From a bacterium (lineage in GTDB: Bacteria > Patescibacteriota > Doudnabacteria > UBA920 > 2-01-FULL-46-14), in assembly GCA_030700065.1 (NCBI GenBank), contig JAUYKH010000015.1:1-42654 (forward strand): a stretch of DNA of 42,654 bases, written 5' to 3'. A program made the translations under genes and the position numbers. The notes under the pieces were generated by a model. It was not told where the DNA came from. It did no database searches and saw nothing but the letters and a program-made list of their open reading frames with translations. Below, in pieces: positions 18,173 through 27,047 of the stretch (its first letter is position 1; each line of letters opens with the position of its first letter).

Positions 18173-18610
18173 CTAAAATTCGCTTGGGGCGTATATATCG
18201 GGTTTGAGGGGATTAAATTTTCTAGGCCTATACTCAAGATACCAACAATCCTTAATCGCTCGCATCGAATGCAGAACCAAGGGTTGTATGGTTAATTCTA
18301 CTGGACCTTTGTCCGCGTCCACACTTACTTCTTTTTTAGGCCCGCCTTTGGTTTGAAAATTGATATGTATTTTACCTTTCAACAACAGAAAGTATTCGGG
18401 ATTTTTAGAGGGGTCGTCGCCTTTATGAAAATGCTCCGCGAATCGCTCGCCCTTTTTGCGGTAATACGCGGTCACGTGGTGATCGGAACGCAACATCAGC
18501 TTTTTAAGCGGCCACTCCCAAGTCCGCCTGCCTTTTACATTTGCTGAATTGGCCGGAGGTAAGCCTTCAATAATAATACCCCCCAATGTTCCTTTTCTTC
18601 TTGTCTTCAT
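18173..18610 (-). CDS. Cupin-fold protein
   Basis: HFHK...EYF.LLKG and I.P.V.HSM cupin metal-binding motifs. Confidence 0.7.
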   Translation of the reverse strand: MKTRRKGTLGGIIIEGLPPANSANVKGRRTWEWPLKKLMLRSDHHVTAYYRKKGERFAEHFHKGDDPSKNPEYFLLLKGKIHINFQTKGGPKKEVSVDADKGPVELTIQPLVLHSMRAIKDCWYLEYRPRKFNPLKPDIYAPSEF

Positions 18611-18619
18611 GCCCTATCA

Positions 18620-19891
18620 TTATATCAAAAATTCTTTCATCCTTCCAAAGCCGACGGTGTCCTTGCCCCACTCGTCGTCAACCCCTATCATGCGGCCGCG
18701 AATAATCGTAAACTCTCCGTACTTATCATTTATTTTATCCATCGCCTGCACAACTAGCCTTGGTTTTTTATATTCAGCAAAAAGAGGCTGGTCTTGGACA
18801 TCAAATTTCAATCCAGACACAGAAATACCCATTATTTTTATTTGGCCCCCCTTCTTAAATTCCTCCCCGCCTGTGGGGGGGAAAAGGTGGGGGGTAAATT
18901 GCTTGAATATTGAAAACGCATAGTGATAAATGTCTTTGCCATCATTGATCAGCTCATTTACTTTGTGTTGCTTACTAAATCCGCTGTAGCGGTTATCGGA
19001 GTGGAAATAATGAATAATGTTTCCCCACGCCTTCCGGTGGCGCATTCTGCGGCCGATTTTTTCCGACAGTTTCAGCATCAATCTTTTTATGTCCGTTAAA
19101 TTACTAATTGCCCGAGGCAACGTATAAGAATGACCGATTGATTTAACAGGCTCGTCGGCTGGAATTGCAAAAAATCCGGCATCACGGAAATTGGCCATGC
19201 AATGCAGGGTGTAGCCCCATAGACCAAATTGATTGAGTAAATTTGATAACGGGTATTTGGCCAATTGCCGCAGTGTAAAAATTCCAAGCTTGTTTAATGC
19301 TTTTTCTGTCCGATTGGCAATGCCTGGAATATCAGTCAGTTTTAAGCGATTATAAAGCGAACTGATCTCATCGGGGCGGACCACAAAAATTCTGTTTATA
19401 TCCCCTTCTCCCAGGTCGGCAGCTATTTTAGAAACTAATTTATTTGGTCCAATCCCGACCGAGCAAGAGACCCACTCTCCAATCTCTTTTCTTAGCCGTT
19501 GTTTTATCTCCAGCCCCAAAAGCAAGGCATCATCATAATCCCGCGCAATGCCGGTCAAGTCCGCAAACGCTTCATCGATGCTCGATTTTTCAACATTGTC
19601 CGTATAGTCCGACAATATGCGCAGAAAAGCGGCGGTTACATGCCGGTATTTATCCGGGTCAACCGGCAATAAAACAATTTTGGGATATATCTTTTTGGCA
19701 TCCCAGACTGTTGTGCCGAGTTTGATTCCCAGACGTTTGGCCTCAACCGATGGAGCAATGATAATCCCGCCCAGATGCTCGCAGACTCCTACCGGCTTTC
19801 CGCGAAGGTGCGGGTTGGCCTGCTGTTCCACACTTGCGAAGTAGGAATTCATATCGAGATGAAGTATAATGCTATTATTCATAAAATTCAT
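18620..19891 (-). CDS. dinB: Y-family DNA polymerase IV
   Basis: ILHLDMNSYFASVEQ, SIDEAF.D, SVGIGPNKLVSKIA and KSIGHSYT motifs. Start could be 19882. Confidence 0.93.
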   Translation of the reverse strand: MNFMNNSIILHLDMNSYFASVEQQANPHLRGKPVGVCEHLGGIIIAPSVEAKRLGIKLGTTVWDAKKIYPKIVLLPVDPDKYRHVTAAFLRILSDYTDNVEKSSIDEAFADLTGIARDYDDALLLGLEIKQRLRKEIGEWVSCSVGIGPNKLVSKIAADLGEGDINRIFVVRPDEISSLYNRLKLTDIPGIANRTEKALNKLGIFTLRQLAKYPLSNLLNQFGLWGYTLHCMANFRDAGFFAIPADEPVKSIGHSYTLPRAISNLTDIKRLMLKLSEKIGRRMRHRKAWGNIIHYFHSDNRYSGFSKQHKVNELINDGKDIYHYAFSIFKQFTPHLFPPTGGEEFKKGGQIKIMGISVSGLKFDVQDQPLFAEYKKPRLVVQAMDKINDKYGEFTIIRGRMIGVDDEWGKDTVGFGRMKEFLI

Positions 19892-19895
19892 GCTT

Positions 19896-19934
19896 GCCCC
19901 GTAGTGTCCGCCATAGGCGGTCTACTATCGGGGT
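19896..19934. repeat. GCCCCGTAG..CTAC..GGGG palindrome, free-standing third copy
   Basis: GCCCCGTAGTGTCCGCCATAGGCGGTCTACTATCGGGGT matches the core of the 130-bp repeats (11673-11721, 13327-13365). Confidence 0.85.
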
Positions 19935-19957
19935 CAATATGTAGTATAATTCTAGAC

Positions 19958-20677
19958 ATGGTTAAATTAGTTCTGTCCAATACCACGACCTTTTTTTCCG
20001 GCCGTATTGAATCGGTTTTTAAAAAAGCAAAAAAAAACGGCTTTAAATACGTAGAAATCATCCCCTATCGCTGGACTACGGCGCAGGAAGTCTCAAACTT
20101 GGAAAAAAAATACGGTGTCCAAGTTGCCGGAATTCATATGCCACAGTATTGGCTTAGAAACCCCAAATCCTCTATATTCAACCTTGTCTTTGGGTTTTAT
20201 TTGGGCGGCGCGGCAAATAGTCCCGGCTTCGCGATAACCAAGAGCTTATCCAATCGCCGACCTTATTTGCTTTTCCATGCCAATGTCGCCGATGAAATGG
20301 GTGATAAATCTAGAGAGATATCGCACCAATTTCATACCCTTGTAGAGAATATTCCTTACCGCACAAATTACCCGGAAAATTATTGGAATCCTGTTGTCTC
20401 AAAAGAATCAGGTTTTGTCTTCGATCCAGGACATTACAAAGAAACTCCGACGGATATCCCTCATCCTGATATGTTAGAAGTCTATGAAAAAACCCTCCCC
20501 GAGGTTGTACATATATCCTACAATACTTGGTTTCAGCATGTCCTGCCCGATAAAAAAGAGCAGGATGAACTGCGGCGCTGCTTCTCAATTCACCGCCCCC
20601 GCTACCTCGTCCTAGAAACAAACCCTTTGGTGAGCGTGAAAAAAGGGAAAGCAATGCTTGAAAAGTTAATCCGTTAA
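19958..20677 (+). CDS. Xylose-isomerase-like TIM-barrel protein
   Basis: AKKNGFKYVEI, GIHMP, LVENIP, FDPGH, VHIS and VLE metal-binding pattern. Start at ATG 19958. Confidence 0.7.
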   Translation: MVKLVLSNTTTFFSGRIESVFKKAKKNGFKYVEIIPYRWTTAQEVSNLEKKYGVQVAGIHMPQYWLRNPKSSIFNLVFGFYLGGAANSPGFAITKSLSNRRPYLLFHANVADEMGDKSREISHQFHTLVENIPYRTNYPENYWNPVVSKESGFVFDPGHYKETPTDIPHPDMLEVYEKTLPEVVHISYNTWFQHVLPDKKEQDELRRCFSIHRPRYLVLETNPLVSVKKGKAMLEKLIR

Positions 20678-20902
20678 ACTATAACTATCCTCTATCCACC
20701 ATTTCAAATTCTCGGTATTGAATCCGAGTTTGAACGCGTTAGCGCCGTCTGAAACCGAAAAAAAATAAATCCGTACAGCTCCTTCCTTGATCGTATGGAC
20801 GAGGTTTACTTTGAGAATTTTGTAGCGACATTGTCCCCATTTGATAATATGCGGAAACACGCCGTTATCTTTAAAAGACACAATCACTTCAATTGTTTCC
20901 AT
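20666..20902 (-). CDS. Small beta-rich protein of the lexA operon (DUF6504-like)
   Basis: METIEVIV.F.....P..IKWG...Y.I.KV...H........FFSV......FKL.F......W.I pattern; family name is recalled, not searched. Confidence 0.65.
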   Translation of the reverse strand: METIEVIVSFKDNGVFPHIIKWGQCRYKILKVNLVHTIKEGAVRIYFFSVSDGANAFKLGFNTENLKWWIEDSYSLTD

Positions 20903-20907
20903 GAGGA

Positions 20908-21087
20908 TTAGTTGAATACCACATGACACAACTTACTGTTAATCATGACAGGGATGCCTTTGATTGCCTCTATTTCTTGTGTGACCTGTTTGACGGGACA
21001 AGCATGTTCTAAATTATTCATACACCGCGTGCAAAGGTTTTTGAGGGCCGCAATCGCCTCATATTTGGTTTTATCTAATTCAGACAT
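20908..21087 (-). CDS. 59-aa Cys/His-rich protein (not in ORF track)
   Basis: MSELDKTKYEAIAALKNLCTRCMNNLEHACPVKQVTQEIEAIKGIPVMINSKLCHVVFN; 5-nt gaps to both neighbours. Confidence 0.7.
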   Translation of the reverse strand: MSELDKTKYEAIAALKNLCTRCMNNLEHACPVKQVTQEIEAIKGIPVMINSKLCHVVFN

Positions 21088-21092
21088 ATTTT

Positions 21093-21701
21093 TTATTCCA
21101 ACTGTCTAATTACCCCCACCACCTTCCCCTGCACGCTCCACTCGTCGTTCGGATATATATTCTGATACTTTGGGTTTTCCGGTTTCAGGTACCTCCGCCC
21201 GTTTATTTCAACAAATCTTTTGACTGTTGCCTCGTCATGCAAAAGCGCTACCACTATATCTCCCGTCCGCACTTCGCGGGTTGGCTTAACAATTACCAGA
21301 TCCCCTTCCAAAATCCCCGCGCCAATCATGCTGTCCCCCCTCACCTGGAGCAAAAATACGTCTTTGCGTCCGCGCAAAAACGAGTTCGGCAAATTAACCC
21401 ATTCCTCGACATGTTGTTCTACAATTATGGGTCCGCCGGCCGGAACCGTTCCCAAAAGGGGCACACTTTGAATACCTGCCCTAACCTCATTTCCAAATTC
21501 GTCCAAGACTTGAATACCGCGGGCGGTGCCATCGCGTTTCACATAACCCTCCTCTTCCAAAGCGTACAATAGCTTGGCCACCGCGTTTTTGGACCGGACC
21601 TTGAGCGCCTTAGCCATTTCGGACACGGTAGGTGGAATTCCCTTTGCCTGAACCGCGGCAATAATATAGCCTAGCAATTCTTTCTGACGTCTTGTTATCA
21701 T
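21093..21701 (-). CDS. lexA: SOS repressor LexA
   Basis: PPTV.E.A HTH, VPAG cleavage site, V.GDSM...GI..GD and EATVK catalytic Ser/Lys motifs. Confidence 0.96.
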   Translation of the reverse strand: MITRRQKELLGYIIAAVQAKGIPPTVSEMAKALKVRSKNAVAKLLYALEEEGYVKRDGTARGIQVLDEFGNEVRAGIQSVPLLGTVPAGGPIIVEQHVEEWVNLPNSFLRGRKDVFLLQVRGDSMIGAGILEGDLVIVKPTREVRTGDIVVALLHDEATVKRFVEINGRRYLKPENPKYQNIYPNDEWSVQGKVVGVIRQLE

Positions 21702-21733
21702 ATTCTAGATTCTAAATTCTATATTCTAATCTT

Positions 21734-21763
21734 ATGGTAAACAATCGTTCACCTATATGTCAA
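21734..21763 (-). promoter_or_regulatory. lexA promoter with candidate SOS box
   Basis: TTGACA-18-TACCAT overlapped by the imperfect palindrome GGTGAAC-GATT-GTTTACC (21736-21753). Confidence 0.65.
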
Positions 21764-21785
21764 GGCCTAAATTTGTGGATAACTA

Positions 21786-21817
21786 AAAACCCAAGCCCTT
21801 GTTAGGGCTTGGGTTTA
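21786..21817 (-). terminator. Intrinsic terminator
   Basis: AAACCCAAGCCCT-aaca-AGGGCTTGGGTTT-TT. Confidence 0.8.
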
Positions 21818-21833
21818 AAATTTCAAATTTTCT

Positions 21834-21953
21834 TTAAGCTTCGCCAGAACCTTCTTCGGTTGGCGCAACCTCCCCTTCTGTCTTCTCCTCTTCAGTGCCC
21901 GGCGTTGTTTCGTCACCTTTATCCGGCATATCTTGCATGAAGATATCGCTCAT
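21834..21953 (-). CDS. 39-aa acidic peptide (not in ORF track)
   Basis: MSDIFMQDMPDKGDETTPGTEEEKTEGEVAPTEEGSGEA with AAGGAG SD, a TTGACA-17-TATATT promoter and a downstream terminator. Confidence 0.65.
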   Translation of the reverse strand: MSDIFMQDMPDKGDETTPGTEEEKTEGEVAPTEEGSGEA

Positions 21954-22049
21954 TATGTTTTCTCCTTAACTCCCCCGCAAAACGAAGGAGGATTAATAAA
22001 ACTGTCCTAAATATAAAGGTATGCGTTAATGCTGTCAAGTCAATAAAGC

Positions 22050-22811
22050 CTACTCTGTCAAAATTGAATGCCCGTTTTCGATAACCGCCACTGTGTGTTC
22101 GAAATGCGCGGCGAGACTGCCGTCGGCTGTGAGCACTGTCCACCCATCGGGCATAAATTTCACTCTCCAATCACCCAACGTAAACATCGGCTCTATCGCC
22201 AAAACCATGCCAGACCTCAACTCTTCAAGCGTTCCCCGCTTACCGTAATTGGGCACTGAAGGGGGCTCATGAATGCTGTGCCCCACACCATGCCCGATGA
22301 GATCGCGGATCACACCCAAACCGAATTTCTTTCCCACTGCCTGGACCGCGTGAGCAACATCGCCGATGGTGTTGCCGGGTTTTATCTCTTCAATTCCCGC
22401 ATGGAGGGCTTCTCTTGTCCCGGCTAATAAATTTTCAACTTCGCGGCTTATTTTTCCCACTGGAACAGTAATCGCCGCGTCAGTATATAAATTTTTGTAT
22501 TTGATTCCCAGATCCAAACTGATGATCTCGCCCTGTTTGAGAATTCTTTTGCTGGGAATGCAATGCACGACTTCATTATTTATTGACGCGCAAAGAGCCG
22601 CCGGAAACGATTTCTTGTTCCACGATGGCGTGTATCCCAAAAAGGCCGCTTCCGCTCCCGCCTTGCCAATCTTGTCTCGAGCTAATTCTTCCAAATCCCA
22701 GGTGGAAATGCCAGCCGCGACTTTCGCGGCGACATCCTCAAGCACCTGCCCGAGAATCTTTCCGCCCTCGCGCAAAACTTTTATTTCGTCCGGGGTTTTA
22801 ATGAGGCTCAT
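22050..22811 (-). CDS. map: Methionine aminopeptidase type I
   Basis: C.SINNEVVHCIP, D.A.T, GHGVG..IHE.P, AIEPM and AAHFEHT motifs. Confidence 0.97.
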   Translation of the reverse strand: MSLIKTPDEIKVLREGGKILGQVLEDVAAKVAAGISTWDLEELARDKIGKAGAEAAFLGYTPSWNKKSFPAALCASINNEVVHCIPSKRILKQGEIISLDLGIKYKNLYTDAAITVPVGKISREVENLLAGTREALHAGIEEIKPGNTIGDVAHAVQAVGKKFGLGVIRDLIGHGVGHSIHEPPSVPNYGKRGTLEELRSGMVLAIEPMFTLGDWRVKFMPDGWTVLTADGSLAAHFEHTVAVIENGHSILTE

Positions 22812-23367
22812 TTAGCCATTTGTGATAAAACTTTATTACAACATTAATCACGCCATCGAGATTTTCCGTTCCAGTGTCCACAACCAGATCAAATCTTGTT
22901 TTGTCGGTAATATCCACTTTATACAAATTTAAATACCGTTTGCGTTCGCTTTCTACTCTCTTAAACGTGTTCTCGCGTACTTCATCAACCGACGATCCTT
23001 TTTGGCTTAGCCTTCCCGTTTTTTGGATATGAGTAAATGTTCGTTCCGCTGCCATTTGAGGATCGAGGTCAAGAAACACCTTAAAAGAATCTGGCATCCA
23101 GTGAAACGCCATTCGCGAATCAATCACCAAGTTATCCTTTTCTTCGTGCATTTTTTTGAGTAATTCATCCACTTCCAAGTCAATTTCTCGTTGCTTTTCT
23201 GCAGTAATATTTATTTCTTCAATCGAGTAACCGCGCTCCGACGCCATTTTCCTAAATAGATCGCCCGAAGAAAAATGTTCGTACCCGAGCATTCTCGCGA
23301 CCCCCTTTGCGGTACTAGACTTTCCACTCCCCGGATATCCGGCTATGGTAATAATATGCTTCCTCAT
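22798..23367 (-). CDS. cmk: Cytidylate kinase, archaeal-type (AAA_17-like)
   Basis: ITIAG.PGSGKSS, S.G..FR, IDSR and R..SE..RY...Y motifs. Confidence 0.75.
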   Translation of the reverse strand: MRKHIITIAGYPGSGKSSTAKGVARMLGYEHFSSGDLFRKMASERGYSIEEINITAEKQREIDLEVDELLKKMHEEKDNLVIDSRMAFHWMPDSFKVFLDLDPQMAAERTFTHIQKTGRLSQKGSSVDEVRENTFKRVESERKRYLNLYKVDITDKTRFDLVVDTGTENLDGVINVVIKFYHKWLNEPH

Positions 23368-23930
23368 TTTAAGCCCAGCCTGTTAACGATTTCCTCCTGG
23401 ACTTTCTCAATCGACGGCGACCCGTCGATACTAATAAGTTTTTTCTCATTTTCCAATTGCCTGACAACAGGCATTGTTTCCGAATTGAATAATTCAAAAC
23501 GCTTCTTGAGAGCTTCGGGATGATCATCGACCCTACCCCGGCCGCCAATCCTTTTCAAGGCTTCTTCTTCCGGGAGCTCAATAAAAATAACCTTGTAATT
23601 CCGACGCCCGAGCCTCACCCAAGAGGCCTTCATCAATTCGTACTGCCGCAGAGAACGCGGAAAACCGTGGACAACAATACTTTGATCAGGCGGAATTTTC
23701 GACAAACGGTCTTCAATCACCGCAACAATTAATTCCGGCTCGACCAATCGCCCTTCCACATTTATGGTTTGATTTACTTTTTTCCCAAGTTGGGTATCTG
23801 TTTTGGCAATCTCCCGAAGCTCATTGCCCGCGCCGATCACGACAAAACCGAACTCTTTGGCGAGCAAGTCCGCCTGCGTGTCCTTGCCCGACCCCTGGGG
23901 CCCCAGAATAACTAAATTAGAAACCTTCAT
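23364..23930 (-). CDS. adk: Adenylate kinase (short, LID-less)
   Basis: GPQGSGK.TQA, G.LV, GFPR and R.DD motifs; follows secY. Confidence 0.9.
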   Translation of the reverse strand: MKVSNLVILGPQGSGKDTQADLLAKEFGFVVIGAGNELREIAKTDTQLGKKVNQTINVEGRLVEPELIVAVIEDRLSKIPPDQSIVVHGFPRSLRQYELMKASWVRLGRRNYKVIFIELPEEEALKRIGGRGRVDDHPEALKKRFELFNSETMPVVRQLENEKKLISIDGSPSIEKVQEEIVNRLGLK

Positions 23931-25200
23931 AATCGCGCATCACGAGCTGCGATTCAATTTGTTTCACGCTCTCAATGACAACAGCGACCACGATCAAAAG
24001 GCTCGTGCCGCCGATGGTCAGCGCCTGCGTTTTGGTAACAATCTGCATCAGAAACGGCAGGACGGCGATGAGGCCCAAAAATACGGCTCCGGCCAGCGTA
24101 ATCCGATTCAAAACGCGGTATAGAAATTCCGCGGTCTGGTGCCCGGGACGCAATCCCGGCACGAATCCGCCTTGTTTTTGCAGATTGTCCGCGATGTCCT
24201 CCGGGTTAAACACGACTGCCGTGTAGAAATAAGTAAAAGCAATTACGAGTATAAAATACGCAATGCCGTAAAAAGTGGTATTGGCAAAAAGCTCGCTTAT
24301 GGACCGGGCGAAATCGGCAATGGCCGGCGTTTTCGCCTGCGTCAAAAAGTTCGCGATTATTCCGGGAAATAACAGTATGGAAATGGCGAAGATGATCGGA
24401 ATCACGCCCGCGGTATTTACCCGAATCGGCAAGTGAGTATTGACTCCGCCGTACAATTTGTCTCCTCTGACGCGCTTGGCATAGGATACGGGTATATTCC
24501 GGGTCGCTTCGGTCATAATCACTACGCCAAGAACCACGGCCAGCGCGATCAGCACGAAACCGATAATGGTCGGCAATCCCAATGTTTCATAAATCGAACC
24601 GATCCGCGCGGTACCGCCGGGCAATTGCGACACAATCCCGGCAAAGATGATGAGTGATATGCCGTTACCGATACCGTATTCGGTAATCAGTTCCCCGAGC
24701 CACATCAAAATCAGAGTACCAGCCGTAATCGACAAAATGATAATAAACCACTGCGAGGAAGTAAGTCCGGCCAGGATGTTCACCGCTCCGCCGCCCCCTC
24801 GCGAAAACAAGGTAATGGTTCCAAAACCCTGCAGGGCCGCCAATGGCACAGTCAAATAGCGCATGTACTGGTTTACCTTTGCTCTCCCCGCTTCTCCTTC
24901 CTTCTGTAGCTGCCCGAGTTTCGGAATAATGATCGCCAGAAGCTGCATGATGATGGAGGCCGTGATGTAGGGGCCGACCCCCAGCATCGCGATTGAAAAA
25001 TTTGACAAGCCGCCGCCCGAGAAAATATCAAGCAGTCCAAAGAGCTGATTTTGGCTGAAAAATTGGCGAAGCGCGGCGGCATTTACGCCCGGTATCGGTA
25101 TCGCGGCCAAAACCCTGGTCACCGCCAAAATCAGCAAAACCATGAGGATTTTGTGGCGCAAATCCCGAAGCCGCCAGATTTGAATCAGTTTATTGATCAT
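23917..25200 (-). CDS. secY: Preprotein translocase SecY
   Basis: IP.PG, LGV.PYITASII.QL, GIGNG.SL.IF, AGVIPIIFA, PG.RPG and GGTSLLI.V motifs. Confidence 0.97.
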   Translation of the reverse strand: MINKLIQIWRLRDLRHKILMVLLILAVTRVLAAIPIPGVNAAALRQFFSQNQLFGLLDIFSGGGLSNFSIAMLGVGPYITASIIMQLLAIIIPKLGQLQKEGEAGRAKVNQYMRYLTVPLAALQGFGTITLFSRGGGGAVNILAGLTSSQWFIIILSITAGTLILMWLGELITEYGIGNGISLIIFAGIVSQLPGGTARIGSIYETLGLPTIIGFVLIALAVVLGVVIMTEATRNIPVSYAKRVRGDKLYGGVNTHLPIRVNTAGVIPIIFAISILLFPGIIANFLTQAKTPAIADFARSISELFANTTFYGIAYFILVIAFTYFYTAVVFNPEDIADNLQKQGGFVPGLRPGHQTAEFLYRVLNRITLAGAVFLGLIAVLPFLMQIVTKTQALTIGGTSLLIVVAVVIESVKQIESQLVMRDYEGF

Positions 25201-25627
25201 TTTTTCCCCCAGCGGCCTCAATGGCCTTTTGAGCCGGTTTCGAAAGCTTTACCCCTTTGAAATCCATTTTTTTTGTTACCGCCCCGCCCCCCAATATTTT
25301 TACCGGCAGTTTCGAGTTTGCAATCAGGCCAGCCTGTTTTAAGACCTCCGGCGTCACGGGAAATTTCGAGACGCGCTTTTCGACTTCAGAGAGATCAACG
25401 ACCTGGTTTTTCGGATAAAATGACTTAAAGCCGCGAATTTTGGGGATTTGACGGATAAAAGGCATGCGCCCTCCCTCGAAGCCCGGCTTGATATTCCCTC
25501 CGGAGCGGCTCTTTTGCCCCTTCATGCCCCGGCCTGAATAAGTCCCGTGGCCGGAGCCGGATCCTCGCCCGACTCTCTTTCGGTCCTTTCTTCCTATCTT
25601 CGGTTTTAGGTTTGATAAATTAAGCAT
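25190..25627 (-). CDS. rplO: 50S ribosomal protein L15
   Basis: RVGRG.GSG.G..SGRG.KGQKSRSG and GFEGG motifs. Confidence 0.97.
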   Translation of the reverse strand: MLNLSNLKPKIGRKDRKRVGRGSGSGHGTYSGRGMKGQKSRSGGNIKPGFEGGRMPFIRQIPKIRGFKSFYPKNQVVDLSEVEKRVSKFPVTPEVLKQAGLIANSKLPVKILGGGAVTKKMDFKGVKLSKPAQKAIEAAGGKNDQ

Positions 25628-26108
25628 TTTCCTTATTTTCTCGCTGCGGCTTCATTTTCAACTTCTTAAGCGCTTCATAGGTCGCCCGGACATTGCTTAT
25701 CTTGTTCGCACTGCCCAGCATTTTGCTTGAGATATTTTTTATGCCCGCCAAATCAACAACCGCCCGGACCGGACCCCCTGCCACGATTCCGGTTCCCCGC
25801 GGGACTGGTTTTAGAATAATTTGCGCCGCCTTGAATTTGATTCTTATCTGGTGCGGGATGGTATCGTTCACAATAGGCACTTCAATCATATTTTTTTTGG
25901 CTTCCGCCGTAGCTTTGCCGATTGCCTCGGCAACATCCGTCCCCTTCTTTACGCCTATGCCGACTTTGCCTTTCCGGTCTCCCGCAACAACCAGGGCGCG
26001 AAACCTCATGCGCTTCCCGCCCGCCACTACACGGGTCACCCGTTTTATCTCGACGACCTTTGTCTGAAATTCTTTTTTGATTGCTTCCCTGCGTGAATAT
26101 GCCATCAT
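25620..26108 (-). CDS. rpsE: 30S ribosomal protein S5
   Basis: RVTRVV.GG.R.RF.ALVV.GD and GTGIVAGG motifs. Confidence 0.97.
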   Translation of the reverse strand: MMAYSRREAIKKEFQTKVVEIKRVTRVVAGGKRMRFRALVVAGDRKGKVGIGVKKGTDVAEAIGKATAEAKKNMIEVPIVNDTIPHQIRIKFKAAQIILKPVPRGTGIVAGGPVRAVVDLAGIKNISSKMLGSANKISNVRATYEALKKLKMKPQRENKENA

Positions 26109-26109
26109 G

Positions 26110-26439
26110 TTAAATCTTTAATCCCGCCTCGCGCAAGGCCTTGCCCACTGCTTCAACCCGCCCATGATAAATATTCCCGCCACGGTCGAATACAGCCTCC
26201 TTTATCCCCGCCTTCGCCGCGCTTTTGGCCAAAAGCTTGGCGGCATCCACAACCCGATCTTTCCCTTTCGATTTTTCGGTTGAGGCGGAGGCCACCGTCA
26301 CGCTCTTCTCATCATCAATGAGCTGAAGGTGGATATGCTTGTGGCTCTTGAACAAACTTAACCGCGGACGAGACGCAGTACCGCTTATTTTTGCTCTTAT
26401 TCTTCTATGTCGATTAATTCTATTTTCTTGCCTTGTCAT
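26110..26439 (-). CDS. rplR: 50S ribosomal protein L18
   Basis: RPRL...KS.KHI..Q.IDD and VFDRGG..YHGRV motifs. Confidence 0.97.
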   Translation of the reverse strand: MTRQENRINRHRRIRAKISGTASRPRLSLFKSHKHIHLQLIDDEKSVTVASASTEKSKGKDRVVDAAKLLAKSAAKAGIKEAVFDRGGNIYHGRVEAVGKALREAGLKI

Positions 26440-26491
26440 AAATTCCTACGAATTACGAATTTTTACCAATCTACGAATGATTTAGTAGGGT

Positions 26492-27043
26492 TTATCCCGC
26501 CCCTACTGATTTAACTACTTTGCCGGCTTTGCGACGAATAACTTCTTCCGCGTATTTTATTCCCTTGCCTTTGTACGGCTCGGGTTTTTTTCTGCTTCTT
26601 ACGAGCGCCGCAAATTGGCCGACCTCCTGCTTATCGATGCCACTGACTGTAATTATACTTTTTTCCACCTTAACTTCCAAGCCGGGAAAAATCGGCAGTT
26701 CGACCGGATGAGAGAAGCCAATATTCAAAACCAGCTTTCCGTCGGCAACCGAAGCCCGGTATCCGACTCCGGATATTTCAAGTTTCCGTTCAAATCCGGC
26801 TGACACGCCGGTTATCGCGTTTTGAACGAGCGAACGGAATGTGCCCCAAAGCGCTCTCTGCTTGCGATTGTCCGGATTGGGAACGCTTACCGCAAGCTGG
26901 CCTTCTGCCGATTTAACCGCGACGCTAGGATGCAATTCAACAGTCAAATGACCTTTGGGTCCTTTGACGTTCAATGTCTGCCCGGCGATATTGACTTCCA
27001 CGCCTTCGGGTATTGTTATGGGTTTTTTTCCAATCTTGCTCAT
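26492..27043 (-). CDS. rplF: 50S ribosomal protein L6
   Basis: MSKIGK.PI and PEPYKGKGI.Y motifs. Confidence 0.97.
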   Translation of the reverse strand: MSKIGKKPITIPEGVEVNIAGQTLNVKGPKGHLTVELHPSVAVKSAEGQLAVSVPNPDNRKQRALWGTFRSLVQNAITGVSAGFERKLEISGVGYRASVADGKLVLNIGFSHPVELPIFPGLEVKVEKSIITVSGIDKQEVGQFAALVRSRKKPEPYKGKGIKYAEEVIRRKAGKVVKSVGAG

Positions 27044-27047
27044 ATTT

